The position numbers and the translations under genes are program-made. From an uncultured Chloroflexia bacterium (GTDB taxonomy: Bacteria; Chloroflexota; Anaerolineae; CG2-30-64-16): DNA of 64,000 nucleotides. Positions 21,571 to 33,220 of this stretch are shown here, piece after piece. Position 1 is the stretch's first letter. The number at the start of each line of letters is the position of its first letter. The notes beneath the pieces were generated by a model. That model ran no database searches and was not told the origin of the DNA. It saw only the letters and a program-made list of their open reading frames with translations. The stretch spans positions 12,991-76,990 of the forward strand of contig CAVOHP010000003.1 in NCBI GenBank assembly GCA_963695715.1. Direction: 5' to 3'.

Positions 21571-24500
21571 TCACGGGTTCTGTATCGCGCAGTAGCCGCC
21601 CGCATCATCGAGCATGTCGTCCAGCGGCGTCGCCCGCCCCAGGCGCAACGCCGCATCGCGTTCAGCGGCCGAAAGCGCCACGGTTGCCGATTGCAGGTTC
21701 GCATCGAGCGCCGCCTGCTCAGACTGCGAGCGCGGCGCGCCGATCACATCACGCAAAGCGGTCGCCGCACCGAACAACCGCAATGCGCGCCCCGGTTGGG
21801 CATCACGAGCCGCCAGTATGCCGATGTCTTCCATCAAGTAGGCCAGTTGCCAGGCGTCTCCCAACTCGCGGTTGATGGCAAGGCTCTCCGCATAGAGCGC
21901 CCGCGCCGCCAGGTGATCGCCCTGATCGCGCGCCACGTTGCCCAGATTGTTCAACGCGTTCGCCAGATAATGCCGGTCGCCCACCTCACGTTGCAAGATC
22001 ACCGCCTCTTCGAGCCGAACGCGGGCCTCTTCGTAATTCTCCCGGTGGCGCGCCAGGTTACCCAGGTTATTCAACGAAACGGCAATCGCCCGGCGGTCGT
22101 TCAACGCCCGGCGGATCGCCAGGCTTTCTTCATAGAGTCGCTGGGCCAGGTCGAAGTCACCCAGCGAACGCGCCACGATGCCCAGATTGTTCAGGAGGTT
22201 GGCGATTTGCGGGCGATCATCGAGCCGGCGACGCACCGCCAGACTCCGCTCGTATAGATCGCGCGAGCGCAGGATAATCGCCCTGCTGCGCCGCGATAGA
22301 GCCTTCGATGTGCAAGACCTGGCCGATCCCCGCGGCGTCGCCCACCGACTCGAATTCCCCGCGGGCGCGCTCCAGCCACTCCACGGCGGCATCATACGCG
22401 CCCTGCTTGCGATTCAGTTCACCCAGCGCAATTTCACAGCGCGCTTGCCCCAACCGGTCGCCAAGCTGCACCGAGAGATCCAGCGCCTGGTTGTAGGCCG
22501 TTTCGGTCTCCGTCCACTTCCCCATGATCTCCAGCACTTGCCCCAACCGTAACAGCGTCTCCACTCGTTCGGAATCCTGGAGCAAGGGCAACGCCCGGCG
22601 ATAGTAATCCACGGCCACCGCCCCGGCGTAGTTCTGCTGCGCAGACCTGCCGGCGCGCAGCAAATACTCGCGGCGCTTCGGATCGTTGCCCGTGCGGTCG
22701 AAGTGAAAGGCCAACAGATCGAGATGCTGATCGCGCTCCTCCGCGAAGAATTCTTCGAGATATTCGCCGATCTGATTGTGCAGTATGGCCCGCATCGCAT
22801 AGGTCAGGCTCTCGTATGCGACTTCCTGCGTGACGATGTGCTTGAACAGATAGGTCAGGTCGGGTTCGCCCTCCAACAATGTCAGCTCGAGCCGGCTCAA
22901 CACGCCCAGGTCTTCGGTGATGCCTTGCAATTCCCCGCATTGCGGGCACGCCCCCCAGATGACCGCCGCGCGAAACTGCCGCCCCACCACGCTGGCTACA
23001 CGCAAGGTCGTCCGTTGGCTGTCGGTAAGCTGATCAATACGGGCCAGGATCAACCGGTGCAGGCTGGCGGGCAGATCGAGTTGCGCCAGCGCCGCCGTAT
23101 CATGGGGATCAATGCCGCGGTCTTGCAGGTAGTTCAGCAACTCCGCGATATAGAAGGGGTTCCCCTCGGCCCGCTCGGTGACCCTCCGCACCAGATCAGC
23201 GGGCACAGCGAAGCGCGAGCCGAAAAACTGCTCCAGCTTGAGCCCGATGAGCTCTTCGGCCTGCGCGGGGGTGAAACCGGTCAGGCGAATCTCGTGGAAA
23301 TTCGGCAGGCGACTGACGCGCAGCCCTCCCGCTTCGCCCGCGCCCTCCGCGGCGGCCGCAAAGCGATGCAGCTCCGGGGGACGGTAAGCGGTCACCACGA
23401 GGATCGGGAGACGTGCGGAAAGCCGTCCCGCGATCTCGAGCAGGTCATGCGATAGCGGGTCAATCCAGTGACATTCGTCGAGCACCAACATGATCGGCGC
23501 TTCGCGGGCGCGGGCGCGCAGGCAGTCGGCCAGCAGAGCCTCCAGCGAAGTCTTGCGGAGCTTGGCGTCGAAGGTCTCCGTCAACTCGTTGTCGGGGAGC
23601 GGGAGATTGAGGACGGCGCCGAGCAGCGGCACGCGGGGCACGAGCCGTTCATCAATGGCCGCAAGCTGCGCTTCGAGATGTTGCATCACGCGTTCCGGGC
23701 CGACCGGCGCGTCGCCCACACTCAGCAGTTGATCTATCCCGAAAAAGCCGCGCCAGATCGTCTGCCACACCAGATAACTGGTGTTCGTGCCATAGGATTC
23801 GGCCTGTCCCCACAGCAACGTCATGCCGCGTCTCGCGCCCCAACCGCATCGCCTCAGACACCAGGCGCGACTTGCCCATGCCGGCCTCACCCGTCACGCC
23901 GATGATCTGCCCCTCAGACTCGAGCGCCAGGGCCAGCCGATCTTCGATCTGTTTGAGCTCGATATCTCGCCCAACCATCGGCAACCGGGCGGCCGTCTCC
24001 GGCGCATCCGCGCCGCGCGCCCGCGGCCCAATGAGCGCACGCACCGCCACGGTCGCTTGCTTGCCCTTGACGGAAATATCGGGCAGCGTCTGCCAATCGA
24101 ACTCCTGGAGCGTCGAATCAACCAGTTTCTGCGGGGCCAACACCTGGCCCGGTTCGGCGGCCTGCATCAAGCGGGCGGCCAGGTTGACGCTATCGCCCAG
24201 CACATCATACGTGCGGCGCGTCCGACCGCCATACGCGCCCGTCCGCATCACGCCCTGGGCGACGCCGAGTTTCACCCCCGTCACAAGACCCTCGCCGGCG
24301 CGCCGCAACTCCTCTGCAGCGGACACCGCCCGAATGACGTCATCCTCATGCGCCTGCGGCGCGCCGAACGCAGCGTAGATATAGCTGCCCTTGTCGCCCA
24401 TCGCAAGCTGAATCAGATTCCCCTCGTAGCGACCCAGGATTCCCTGCACGCGGCGCACAAAAGCGTCCAACCGCGCGGCGGCGTCCGGGTCATGGTCGTA

Positions 24501-25304
24501 ATCAATGCCCCCGAATTGCAGGAAGAGCGCGACCGCCGGGCGCAATTCCGCCAGGAAATCGCCCTGCCCGCTCCGCAAGCGCTCGTAGACCGGGGGCAAC
24601 AGGAAAGGGCGCACCGTCTGGTCATCCAGATTGCCCGCAGCAGCCGCATTCCAGGGCGCGGGCCACACGGGCGCAAGGAGGCGGCCGGCGACGCCAAACC
24701 GCTCACCCTCGGCGCTCGTCCGCCATTCGCGGATCTGAACCTGCGAGGCCAGATGCTCCGCGGTGATCGGATCGAGCAGGGTTTCGCCGCGCCGGGCCTC
24801 GTGCTCGGCGGACGCCAACCGATCCAGGATCGAGCCGGCGAGCACATCGCGCACCTGCACCTGCGGGTCGCCGATGAGAAAACGCCGGGCGCTGCCCGTC
24901 GCCACGGCGACCTTCATCCCCAGCGAGACCACGCCGCCCGATGGGATCGTGACCGCCGAAAAACGCTCCATCACCCGATGCATATCGAGCGCGCAAGCCG
25001 TTGCGCGCAGTCCATCATCGCCGTCGAGCCAACACGTGATCGCGTCGCCCGCAAACCCGATCACGCTGCCGCCGTATCGGTCGAGCTCGCAGATCAGCGC
25101 GTCATACACGTTGCTCAGATGGATCGTCAGCTCTTCGGCGCCCCGCTGTGGCCCCAGATCGCGCGCGAGCGCCTCCGTCAACGCGGTGAAACCCGAGATG
25201 TCGGCGAAGAGCGCTGCGCCATCGGCGCGATCAGGGAGCGACAGGCCCTTTGCCAGGGCCTGTCGGCGATCCATGGGGATGTAGAGGGAAAGCGTCTCGT
25301 GCAC
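21571..25304 (-). CDS. Tandem class III adenylate/guanylate cyclase + STAND-type NTPase + TPR repeats; frameshifts ~23830 and ~22270
   Basis: LFADISGFT, FAGDAI, GDKG, VLGDSVNLAARL; Walker A GEAGMGKS; Walker B LVLDECHW; GNPFY; LNNLG TPR repeats. Confidence 0.9.
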
Positions 25305-25326
25305 GGGCGGCCCCCGGCCTGAGTGG

Positions 25327-25707
25327 TCAGGCCTGCGGCTGAAGGAACCCGCGTAAGCGTTCCGCCATCACGTGCATGACTTCGAGAGAGAAGAAGGGAG
25401 TTTGCTGCACCAGGAAGGTGAATCGCCTGCGGTCAACCTGAGCCACGCGGCAGTCGGTGTTGGCGATGGCCGAGCCGCTGCGCGGCCGATCATCAATCAG
25501 CGCCATCTCGCCGAAAATCTCGCCGGCGCGCAAGGTGTTGATGTGCCGACCCTGCGCGTAGATGTCTACTTCGCCATCGAGTAGCACGTACATGCAGTTG
25601 CCTTCATCTCCCTGACGGAAGATGGTCTCACCGGCCTTGAAAATCTCGATGTTCCTCTCGTTCCGAAACAATTCCAAAGTGCTGTGCATTGTGGGCGTCT
25701 CCGTCAT
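25327..25707 (-). CDS. Stand-alone cyclic-nucleotide-binding domain protein (no HTH)
   Basis: IFRQGDEGNCMYVLLDG...FGEMALIDDRPRSGSA phosphate-binding cassette; 126 aa. Confidence 0.92.
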   Translation of the reverse strand: MTETPTMHSTLELFRNERNIEIFKAGETIFRQGDEGNCMYVLLDGEVDIYAQGRHINTLRAGEIFGEMALIDDRPRSGSAIANTDCRVAQVDRRRFTFLVQQTPFFSLEVMHVMAERLRGFLQPQA

Positions 25708-25726
25708 CTGCGCTATGGGTTACGGG

Positions 25727-28700
25727 TCAATCGGGAATCGTCGAGTCATAGATCGGGCCGCCGTCAATTGCATCCAACGACACGCCCTGATCGTGCGTCA
25801 CGCCGACGCGGACTTCACCGCTGCATGAAGCGCCTGCGGTATCCGTCGCCGTGAAATAGATGTGATAGACGCGACCGTCGCCCTTGCCGGAGCGCTCCGA
25901 ACGAACCTGCGCTATCGCAGTTCCAACGCCCTGCCCATCGGGGCTGAGGGCGCCTCGCCCGACCGGCTCATCCTGACGGATGCCGGTGATTGTCATTGTG
26001 ACAGGATCGCCGTCCGGGTCTGTGATGCCCATGACAGAGATCGCATGAAATTCCTTATCCGGGGGCCACAGATAGCCGGGAACCGCATAGGCCGCATCGC
26101 AGTTCGGGGCGGCATTCTCGGTGATCGTGAGGGAGCCGGTCGTCATCGAAGGTTCGTAACGCTCGTCGGTCAACACCAGGGTGGCCGACGGCAAGGGAAC
26201 CACGCCGCTGAAGTAAGCGGTCACGGTATAGTCGCCGGGAGGCAGCGGCGCGCCCGGCAATGAAGCCTCGCCGACATAGTCGGTGATTTCGGCCGCCGCG
26301 TAGCTGCCGCCCGCGCCGTTGATCACGAAGAAGATGGTCTTTTCCCCCATGCGGCGGCCGGCCCCATCCGTCAACGTCGCCGTGACGAGCGAATCGCCGC
26401 CGGACAGATCGAGGGTCAACACCGTGGGTTGCCGTTTGTATGTCGAACGGCGTAGTCGCCGACGACGCGATATATTGCGCGGTTCCCGCAAACGAGGCCC
26501 GCAGCACGTTCGGCCCCGGAATGCCCAGCAGCGAGAGCGTCGCCGTGGCGCGCCCGTTAGCATCGGTGAACCCCAGCCGGCTCTGCGGGCCGAGGCGGAA
26601 CGTCACCGGCAGCCCCGGCCAACGGCGCACCGCCGGCCGTCAGCACGGCGCTCGCCGTGATTTGAGAGCCATAAAGTCCGGTCGAGGCGGGCGCCTCCAC
26701 CGTTATGGTCGTCGGCTCGGTCGGTTGATCGACGCGCCCGGGCACGTAATAGGCGCCCATATTCGCGTCCAGCGTCACCAGTCCGACGCCGTTCACCGCC
26801 TGGACGATGAAGCGCACCGCATCCGCAGGCGTCGCGCCGAGTTCCAGAACGCCATTCCAAAGCGATGAATCGGCGGCGCTCTGCGCCAGATCCAGCGATT
26901 GCCACGTTCCGGCAAACGGCCCTTCGCTCGCCGTGTAGGTCACCCAGACGCCCTGGATGCCTGCTGCGGGGTTGCCCGCCGCGCGCACCTCGATCTGCGC
27001 CTGTGACCCGCTCACGTCCGAAGTCACGGCCACGATGGCCGGCGCGCCCGCCAACGCAGGCTGACTGCCGCCGCCGTAAACCGCGGTATTGCTGCTGTAG
27101 AACAGCCGCATATCCACACGATCATAGCGCCGCAGCGTCCCGGTCTGCGAGCCGGGCGAAGACGATTTGAATTGAGCCGGCGTCAGCATCAAGCGGGTTT
27201 CGCCGGCCGGGTTGACCAGCGCGTCGAAGTAATTCGGGTTCGCCAGGCGCACCGGATAGAAGATATCAATCGGGAAGGGCGCATGCACCCCGCGCACTTC
27301 GGTCGTCGCCGCATTCACCAGCGGCAAGATGTCCTCCAGATCGGCATACGCGCCGCCCCGGAAGCCGACGCCGCGCAACACGGTGTTCGGGACACTGACG
27401 TTGTAGATTTCCAGCGGCAAGACCGGCTCCGTGGGGCCGCCGGTGACGCCATCTGAGCCGCTGAGGTAGGTCGCGGCGATCAGCCCGCCGTCCTGGACGT
27501 TCGTCAGTTGCACGGTCTGTTGCGTCAGCGTCGGCGCCAGCGAGACGTCACTGTAAGCCAGGCCCAACGTTGCGCCAGGATTCGACGCATAGCCGTTGAG
27601 GCCGCCAATGATCGGCGCATCACCGTCTACCGGCAGCCGCTCGCCGGGCAGGTTGATGCTGAGCATCGGCAGGCCGAAGAGGGTCGCTTCGAGCAGCGCC
27701 TTCTCGTCAATGCCGCGCAATTGCGAAGCGTTTGCCAGATAGTTCTGCTTCGCAGCCGTCAGCGCCTTGCCCACCGCGACCGGGCCGGAGCCGGTGCGCA
27801 GCTCGCGGCTGAACTGATAGTACAACTCCTCGCTATACCGCAAGAAGTCCGTGTCGCCGTATTGATAACCCGTCCCGGCAATCAGGGTCGCCCCCTTGCG
27901 GGCGAAGGCCTGCGCCCAATCCGGCTCCTGCGTGACGCCGGAGACGCCGTGCGCGTTGACGATGTTATACCCCGAATGACACCCTGCGCTGAAGATCAGC
28001 GCATTACGCAAATCCACCGGCGAGGCCATCAGGTCGGAGGTGCGCAACCGCGTCGAGTAGTCGGCGGCCAGCGCGCTGGAGGCCGAGAAGTGACCGGCCA
28101 GGAAGACCAGGTCATTGCGTTGACCCAACAGCGCCGCGCTCAAGTCCTGGGCGGTCCAGGCCGCGGGATCCAGCGGTGAGAGGTCGCGCGGCGTGATCAG
28201 CGTATCCGCCGCAAAACCGGTCGCCGCCTCGAACTCGGTCTGCACGGCCCGCGCCGCGTCTTCGAGAAAGTCATATCCCGTGACCAGCGTGCGCTGCGGA
28301 GTCGGGGCGACGCCGTCGGGTGTGGCGAGATATGCCTCAAGCATCCCGGTCGCTTCGCCCGCCGTCTCTACCAGGCGTCCCACGGCAAGCCCCGGCACAG
28401 GGAACGCATCATCCTTGACGGCGATCTCCGCCGATGCGCCATAGTCATCCTGGCTCAACACGTAGTTCTGGCGCAGGCTCGCCTGTGACGCCGTGCTGTC
28501 CAGCACCGGCGGGACATAGTTCACCTCGCCCGCCAGGAGCGCCTGATCGGGATGGCGGAAGAAGGGGATCACATCGTCGCCGCCGACGATCACCACGTAT
28601 TCCAGCGGGTTGACGCCGCGATACACGTCCACGATCTCGCGCACGGCCCCGGCGACCTGGTTCTTGGCATAGGGGCACGCCGGATAGAGATCGGCCTGTG

Positions 28701-31683
28701 CGTTGGCTGCGGCGACGCGCGCGTCGCCGCTCACATCCACCACTACACCCCGCACTTCGGGGCGGGCGATGAATTCAGCGAGACGCGCCTGGAGCGCAGC
28801 CTGCTCCGCGCCGCTCCCTTCGAGCCGCTGGGGATCCATCAGCACGATCGTGCGATAGCCGCCCGCGACAGGGGTCGTGGACGAAGGCACAGCGACCGGT
28901 GCAACGTCCCGGCAGACGCCGGTCAACAGGGCGACGCCAAGCGTGAACGGCGTAACGGGATTGAACGCCCCGCTCCGCCCACGCACCCGCACATAGTAAT
29001 CTCCCGTGTTAAGGTGCGTGTTCAGCGAGACCCCTTCACCCGCCGTGCCACCGAACGCCGATACGGCGATCAGGCTGCGCATCTGGGCGCTGGAGAAAGC
29101 ATCCGGGCTGAAGGCGTCGGGCGAGAACGCGTCCGGGCTGAACGCATCCGGCGAGAACGCGTCGGGGCTGAACGCGTCCGGCGAGAACGCGTCCGGGCTG
29201 AACGCATCCGGCGAGAACGCATCCGGGCTGAACGCATCCGGTGAGAACGCGTCCGGGCTGAACGCATCCGGTGAGAACGCATCCGGGCTGAACGCATCCG
29301 GTGAGAATGCGTCCGGGCTGAACGCATCCGGCGAGAACGCGTCCGGGCTGAACGCATCCGGCGAGAACGCATCGGGCGCGAATTCGGCGCCCAGTTGCAC
29401 CAGGTCGGCCTGCGACGCGACATCATCGAACGCCGCCGCGATATCGCGATACACCGTAAGGTCATAATTGGCGGGCAGATCCGTCAGCGTGACGACCAGC
29501 CGGCTCTCCGGCTGCACCGCAAAACGATACCAGCGCGACTGTCCCTGTTGATCGAGATATTGCTGATAGGTCGCCGAGAGCGGGTCGCCGCCCAGGCTCA
29601 GATCGAGCGCCGCCGGCCACGAGTCATTCGCCGGGCCGATCCGGGCGCAGTTCGAGAATTCGGACGTATCCCCGCCAGGCCCCGTAGCCGTCGCAGTGAT
29701 GAACCCGACCGCGGGCGCGCCGGCCAGCGCCGGTGTGAAGATCGCATCGCCGGTCGCGTCTGTCGTGACCAGTATCTGATCCAGGAAGGTCTGCCCTTCG
29801 CCCGCGCCGCTCGGATCGCAGGTTGCGCCGGCAAAGAACTGAATCTTGACGATGCTATCGGCGTGTCCGTTATAGCGCCCCGCCACCGTGACCGCCCCGG
29901 CCTCAGGAGCCGCGCGGATCAGATACGGCGCATTATTGAGGGTATTGGCCCCTTCATCGGGGTCGCCGGTGTCGTTCGGCGTGGAGCCGTCGCCCGCCAG
30001 GTCAATGCCCAGGCCGCCGTTGTCGTAGATTGCGTTCGACAGAACGCTGTTGGCGACGCCCGCCAACACTCGCACACCATCGCCGCCGTTGCCGAAAATC
30101 GTGTTGGACTCGATCAAGGCGCCGTCGGAGCCGTGCACGACCACGCCGTGACCACCGAAACCGGTGATCACGAGGCCCCGAATGGTGGAACCCGCCCCGA
30201 CATCAACGGCGTCCTCCATCACAGGCGCCGCGCCGCCCTCGATGACCAGCCCATCCACGCCGGCTCCCGCATTCGCGCCGTTCAGCACGAGGACGCCCCC
30301 CGGCTGGGTAAAGCCGTCAATCACCACCGGATCAGTCATGGCAGGCAAGGCGGAACCGACCTGAATCGTCGTTGGCCCGCCTGAGGAGTCCACCAGGTTG
30401 AAGTTGATCGCGTCGGGCGCGGCATCGTTGGGTCGGTTGTTGGCCGCGCGGATCGCCTCGCGGAACGAGCAATGCGCGTTGCTGCAAACCCCATCATCCA
30501 CGTCATCATTCACGCCGACGGTCGCGATCACCCGATAAATCGGGCCGGTCTGCGCGCCGTCCTGCCCTTCGAACGCGCCCATGTCACAGCGCGGCCCTGC
30601 CGGTCGAGGGAACCCGCGCTGATCCACGGCGGCGCAGGCCAACCCGCCGCTTCCGGGGACGAGGGGATTCGCCGCATCGAGCGCCGGGCTGCTCGCCGCC
30701 AACGCATGGGTGTCCGTAGGTCCGCCGTTGTCCTGTAGCGGCCCCAGCGCAGGGTCCTGACCCGTGATGTTGCCCGCCGTACGCCCGCCGACCGTGCAAC
30801 CGGCGCTATCCGCAATTAAGTTATACCCCTGTGAGGCCAACACACCGCTGCAATCGGGGGAGCGCGTCGCGGGGCTCGCATCGAGATTCCGTCCGATGAT
30901 GCTGTTGCCCACGCCAAACGTGCCCTTGATGATCGCAACGCCGCCGCCATCGCCTGCGCCGTCCTGATCTGCATCGGCGGTGTTGGCGGAAACCGTCACA
31001 TTATTCAGCTTGGCGGACCCGGCCCCGTTCGCGATGCCGCCGCCGGAGCCGCCGGCGAAGTTGCCGCTCACGGTGACGTTGGTCAACACAGCGACGCCGC
31101 GATTGAATAACCCACCGCCCGCCATCATCGCGCGATTGCCCGTCAGCGTGACGCCCTCGAGCGTCAACATGGCGCGATTCGAAACGCCGCCGCCGTCCAG
31201 GGCCGTATTCCCCCCGTGGATCGTCACATCTTTGATCGTGACGTTGCCTGTGATCGTCTCCAGGATGCGGTCATTGAAGCCCGACCCGGCGCCGATGCTC
31301 ACCCGTCCCTGACCAAGCAGGCTGACGCTCTCCCGGATATCCAGGTCGCCTGTCGCGCTCGCATCTTCTGCAGCGACATGCACGCGCGTAAGAAGGTATG
31401 CGCCCGCCGGCAAGAGGATCGTGTCCTCGCCCGATCCGGCAGGGCACTCACCGGCCAGGCCGCCGGAAGGCATATTCGTATTCGCAGCAATGACGGCCTC
31501 GCGCAGCGAGCAGCGCCCGTCATCGGCGAGGGTATCGTCAACGGTGTTCACGGTGATCGTCGTTGCGGCGACCACTGCTTGCGGCGCATAAGCCATCGGC
31601 GCGAGGAGGGAGATGATGAGGAGGATGGTCGCCCAATGAGGTCGGATGCGCGGGATACGACGGGTTGATACAGCTTGTCTCAT
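25727..31683 (-). CDS. Giant secreted protein (~1980 aa): signal peptide, 2 CSLREA motifs, beta-helix and choice-of-anchor-Q-like region, PPC-like domain containing (PDAFS)19, peptidase C25/caspase-fold domain, Ig-like repeats, C-terminal LWPP domain; frameshifts ~26620 and ~26435
   Basis: CSLREA and CSFREA; LQDNGGPTDTHAL...DQRG...CDMGAFE; YVVIVGGDDVIPF, LAVGRL, LAGHF, SAGCHSG; LWPPDKEFH...ERSGKGDGRVYHI. Confidence 0.85.
29092..29376 (-). repeat. Coding tandem repeat, 19 x 15 bp (PDAFS) with a 30-bp higher-order period
   Basis: 285 bp counted directly; the Ser codon alternates AGC / TCN in successive units. Confidence 0.97.
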
Positions 31684-31821
31684 GTCTTCTCTCCGACCAA
31701 CAGGATGCCTGTTCAAAACCCACAAGGGGCGAAACTGTAAATATCCGAATAGACTTTCGGTCAACAATACAACCGAGGACGGGCCATTAATCGATGGACC
31801 GCCTTCGGTGTGGCAAAGATG

Positions 31822-31850
31822 ATTGTACTCTATTTGATACTGTTTCGCAA
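31822..31850 (-). promoter_or_regulatory. Sigma70-type promoter of the secreted protein/cNMP/cyclase operon
   Basis: TTGCGA-N17-TACAAT in an AT-rich intergenic region, ~130-nt leader. Confidence 0.55.
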
Positions 31851-31871
31851 GACGAGCGTAGATTGATTGCG

Positions 31872-32615
31872 TCAGACCGGCGGCCAGGGATAGGCCCGGC
31901 GGTCTTCCGGTGGATCGGGGAAACATCCGCCGTCGGTCAGCGATGCCAGGCGCGAACGAAAAGCCCGCAATTCATTGGTGGAAAGCAGACTACGCAATTC
32001 CCGCACCAGCGGGTGCGCGGGATCAGCCAGATTTTCTTCGAGACGCCACAGATCGCGCATGAGGTCGGGGGGAATCTCCTCGCCTGCGAAGTCCCAGATC
32101 ACGGTGCGAAGCTTTGGCTCGACGTTGAAGCAGAGGCCCTGATCTATGGCGACTACGCGCTCGTCGCCGACGCGCAAGCAGTGACCGCCCTTCCGGTCGG
32201 CGTTATTCGTAATGGCATCGAACAGGGCCAGCGCTTGCAACGCGCGCCGGAAACCCGGCTCTTCGTGGAACGTGAAAAAGTGATCGTCCTGCTCCGCCTC
32301 GACGAACAATTGCACCGAGCCGACGCCGTGCGGCCCATCGCGCAAAACGGTTGGCGGCACAAGATTCCAACCCAGTTCCTTGCTGACGAGGTAAGCAGCC
32401 GTCTCGCGTTTCGCCAGCGTGCCCCGCGGGAAATCCCAGAGGGGCCGCTCGCCGCGCACCGGTTTATAGACCACCGGCGCGCTGATCTCCTCATCCGCAA
32501 CCTGCCCCAGGAACGTGTAGTTGGAACTCCACGGCAACAATCCCTTCAGGGTCATCTCGCCATCGCGCAGAAGTTCCAGCAAGGCTTCGGTTTGTGGGAG
32601 GTCTGGCAGTGTCAT
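31872..32615 (-). CDS. SCO1664 family protein (PI3/4-kinase-like fold)
   Basis: SSNYTFL, VYKPVRGERPLWDFP, REtAAY, NNADRKGGH, AIDQG. Confidence 0.92.
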   Translation of the reverse strand: MTLPDLPQTEALLELLRDGEMTLKGLLPWSSNYTFLGQVADEEISAPVVYKPVRGERPLWDFPRGTLAKRETAAYLVSKELGWNLVPPTVLRDGPHGVGSVQLFVEAEQDDHFFTFHEEPGFRRALQALALFDAITNNADRKGGHCLRVGDERVVAIDQGLCFNVEPKLRTVIWDFAGEEIPPDLMRDLWRLEENLADPAHPLVRELRSLLSTNELRAFRSRLASLTDGGCFPDPPEDRRAYPWPPV

Positions 32616-32637
32616 TCTTCACCCGTGGCGAGCGCGC

Positions 32638-33213
32638 CTATTGCAAAAATAGATTGCCGCGCGTGCTGCGACGCGGCGAAGCCGGCAGGCAGAAGTGTCC
32701 ATAGTCGTCTATCGGCTCACCACACGTCGGACAAAGCGGTCGCCCCGCCGAAACGACATCTTCCGCCTGGCGCGCCAGCAATAGAGCCTGGCCGCGGGTC
32801 GTATAGATGAGCAACTCGACGCTTTCCGATAGGTCAACCTCGACCTCTTCCAGGCTATCAAAATCCTGGGGCGTAGCGTCCACCAGGGTGATGACAACCA
32901 GATCATGCAGCCGGTCGTAATCCAGATCAATGCCGCCGACCCGGAATTCAGGCATCAGGGGTTCACGCAGGCCCAGACTCGGTTCGGCCGCCATCAGCGG
33001 GGCGCGCAATTCGGGGAAATCCTCGTGGACGCCGGCAAGCAACCGCGGGATGGCCCGGCTGAGGTTGATCACTTGCGATTTCTCGACGACCCAGGAAACG
33101 ATCTCCTCGCCATAGTGCGCTTGCAGTATGAAGATGCGCATGCCCGGTTGGCCCACTGCGCCGGCTGTGATGCGGGTCACGGGCAGCGCCTCGCCTTCAT
33201 CATAGTGCGCCAT
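32638..33213 (-). CDS. DUF3090 family protein
   Basis: ITAGAVGQPGMRIF.LQA, EKSQV, VSAGRPLCPTCGEPID..GHFC. Confidence 0.9.
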   Translation of the reverse strand: MAHYDEGEALPVTRITAGAVGQPGMRIFILQAHYGEEIVSWVVEKSQVINLSRAIPRLLAGVHEDFPELRAPLMAAEPSLGLREPLMPEFRVGGIDLDYDRLHDLVVITLVDATPQDFDSLEEVEVDLSESVELLIYTTRGQALLLARQAEDVVSAGRPLCPTCGEPIDDYGHFCLPASPRRSTRGNLFLQ

Positions 33214-33220
33214 ACTGCTC

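Noticed and set aside
29092-29376. Possible CRISPR array
   Set aside because: No unique spacers; 15-bp in-frame coding units with synonymous variation; no cas genes.
31684-31820. Riboswitch (e.g. c-di-GMP) in the leader of the giant secreted protein gene
   Set aside because: I could not match the conserved elements of any riboswitch I know; an Rfam scan would settle it.
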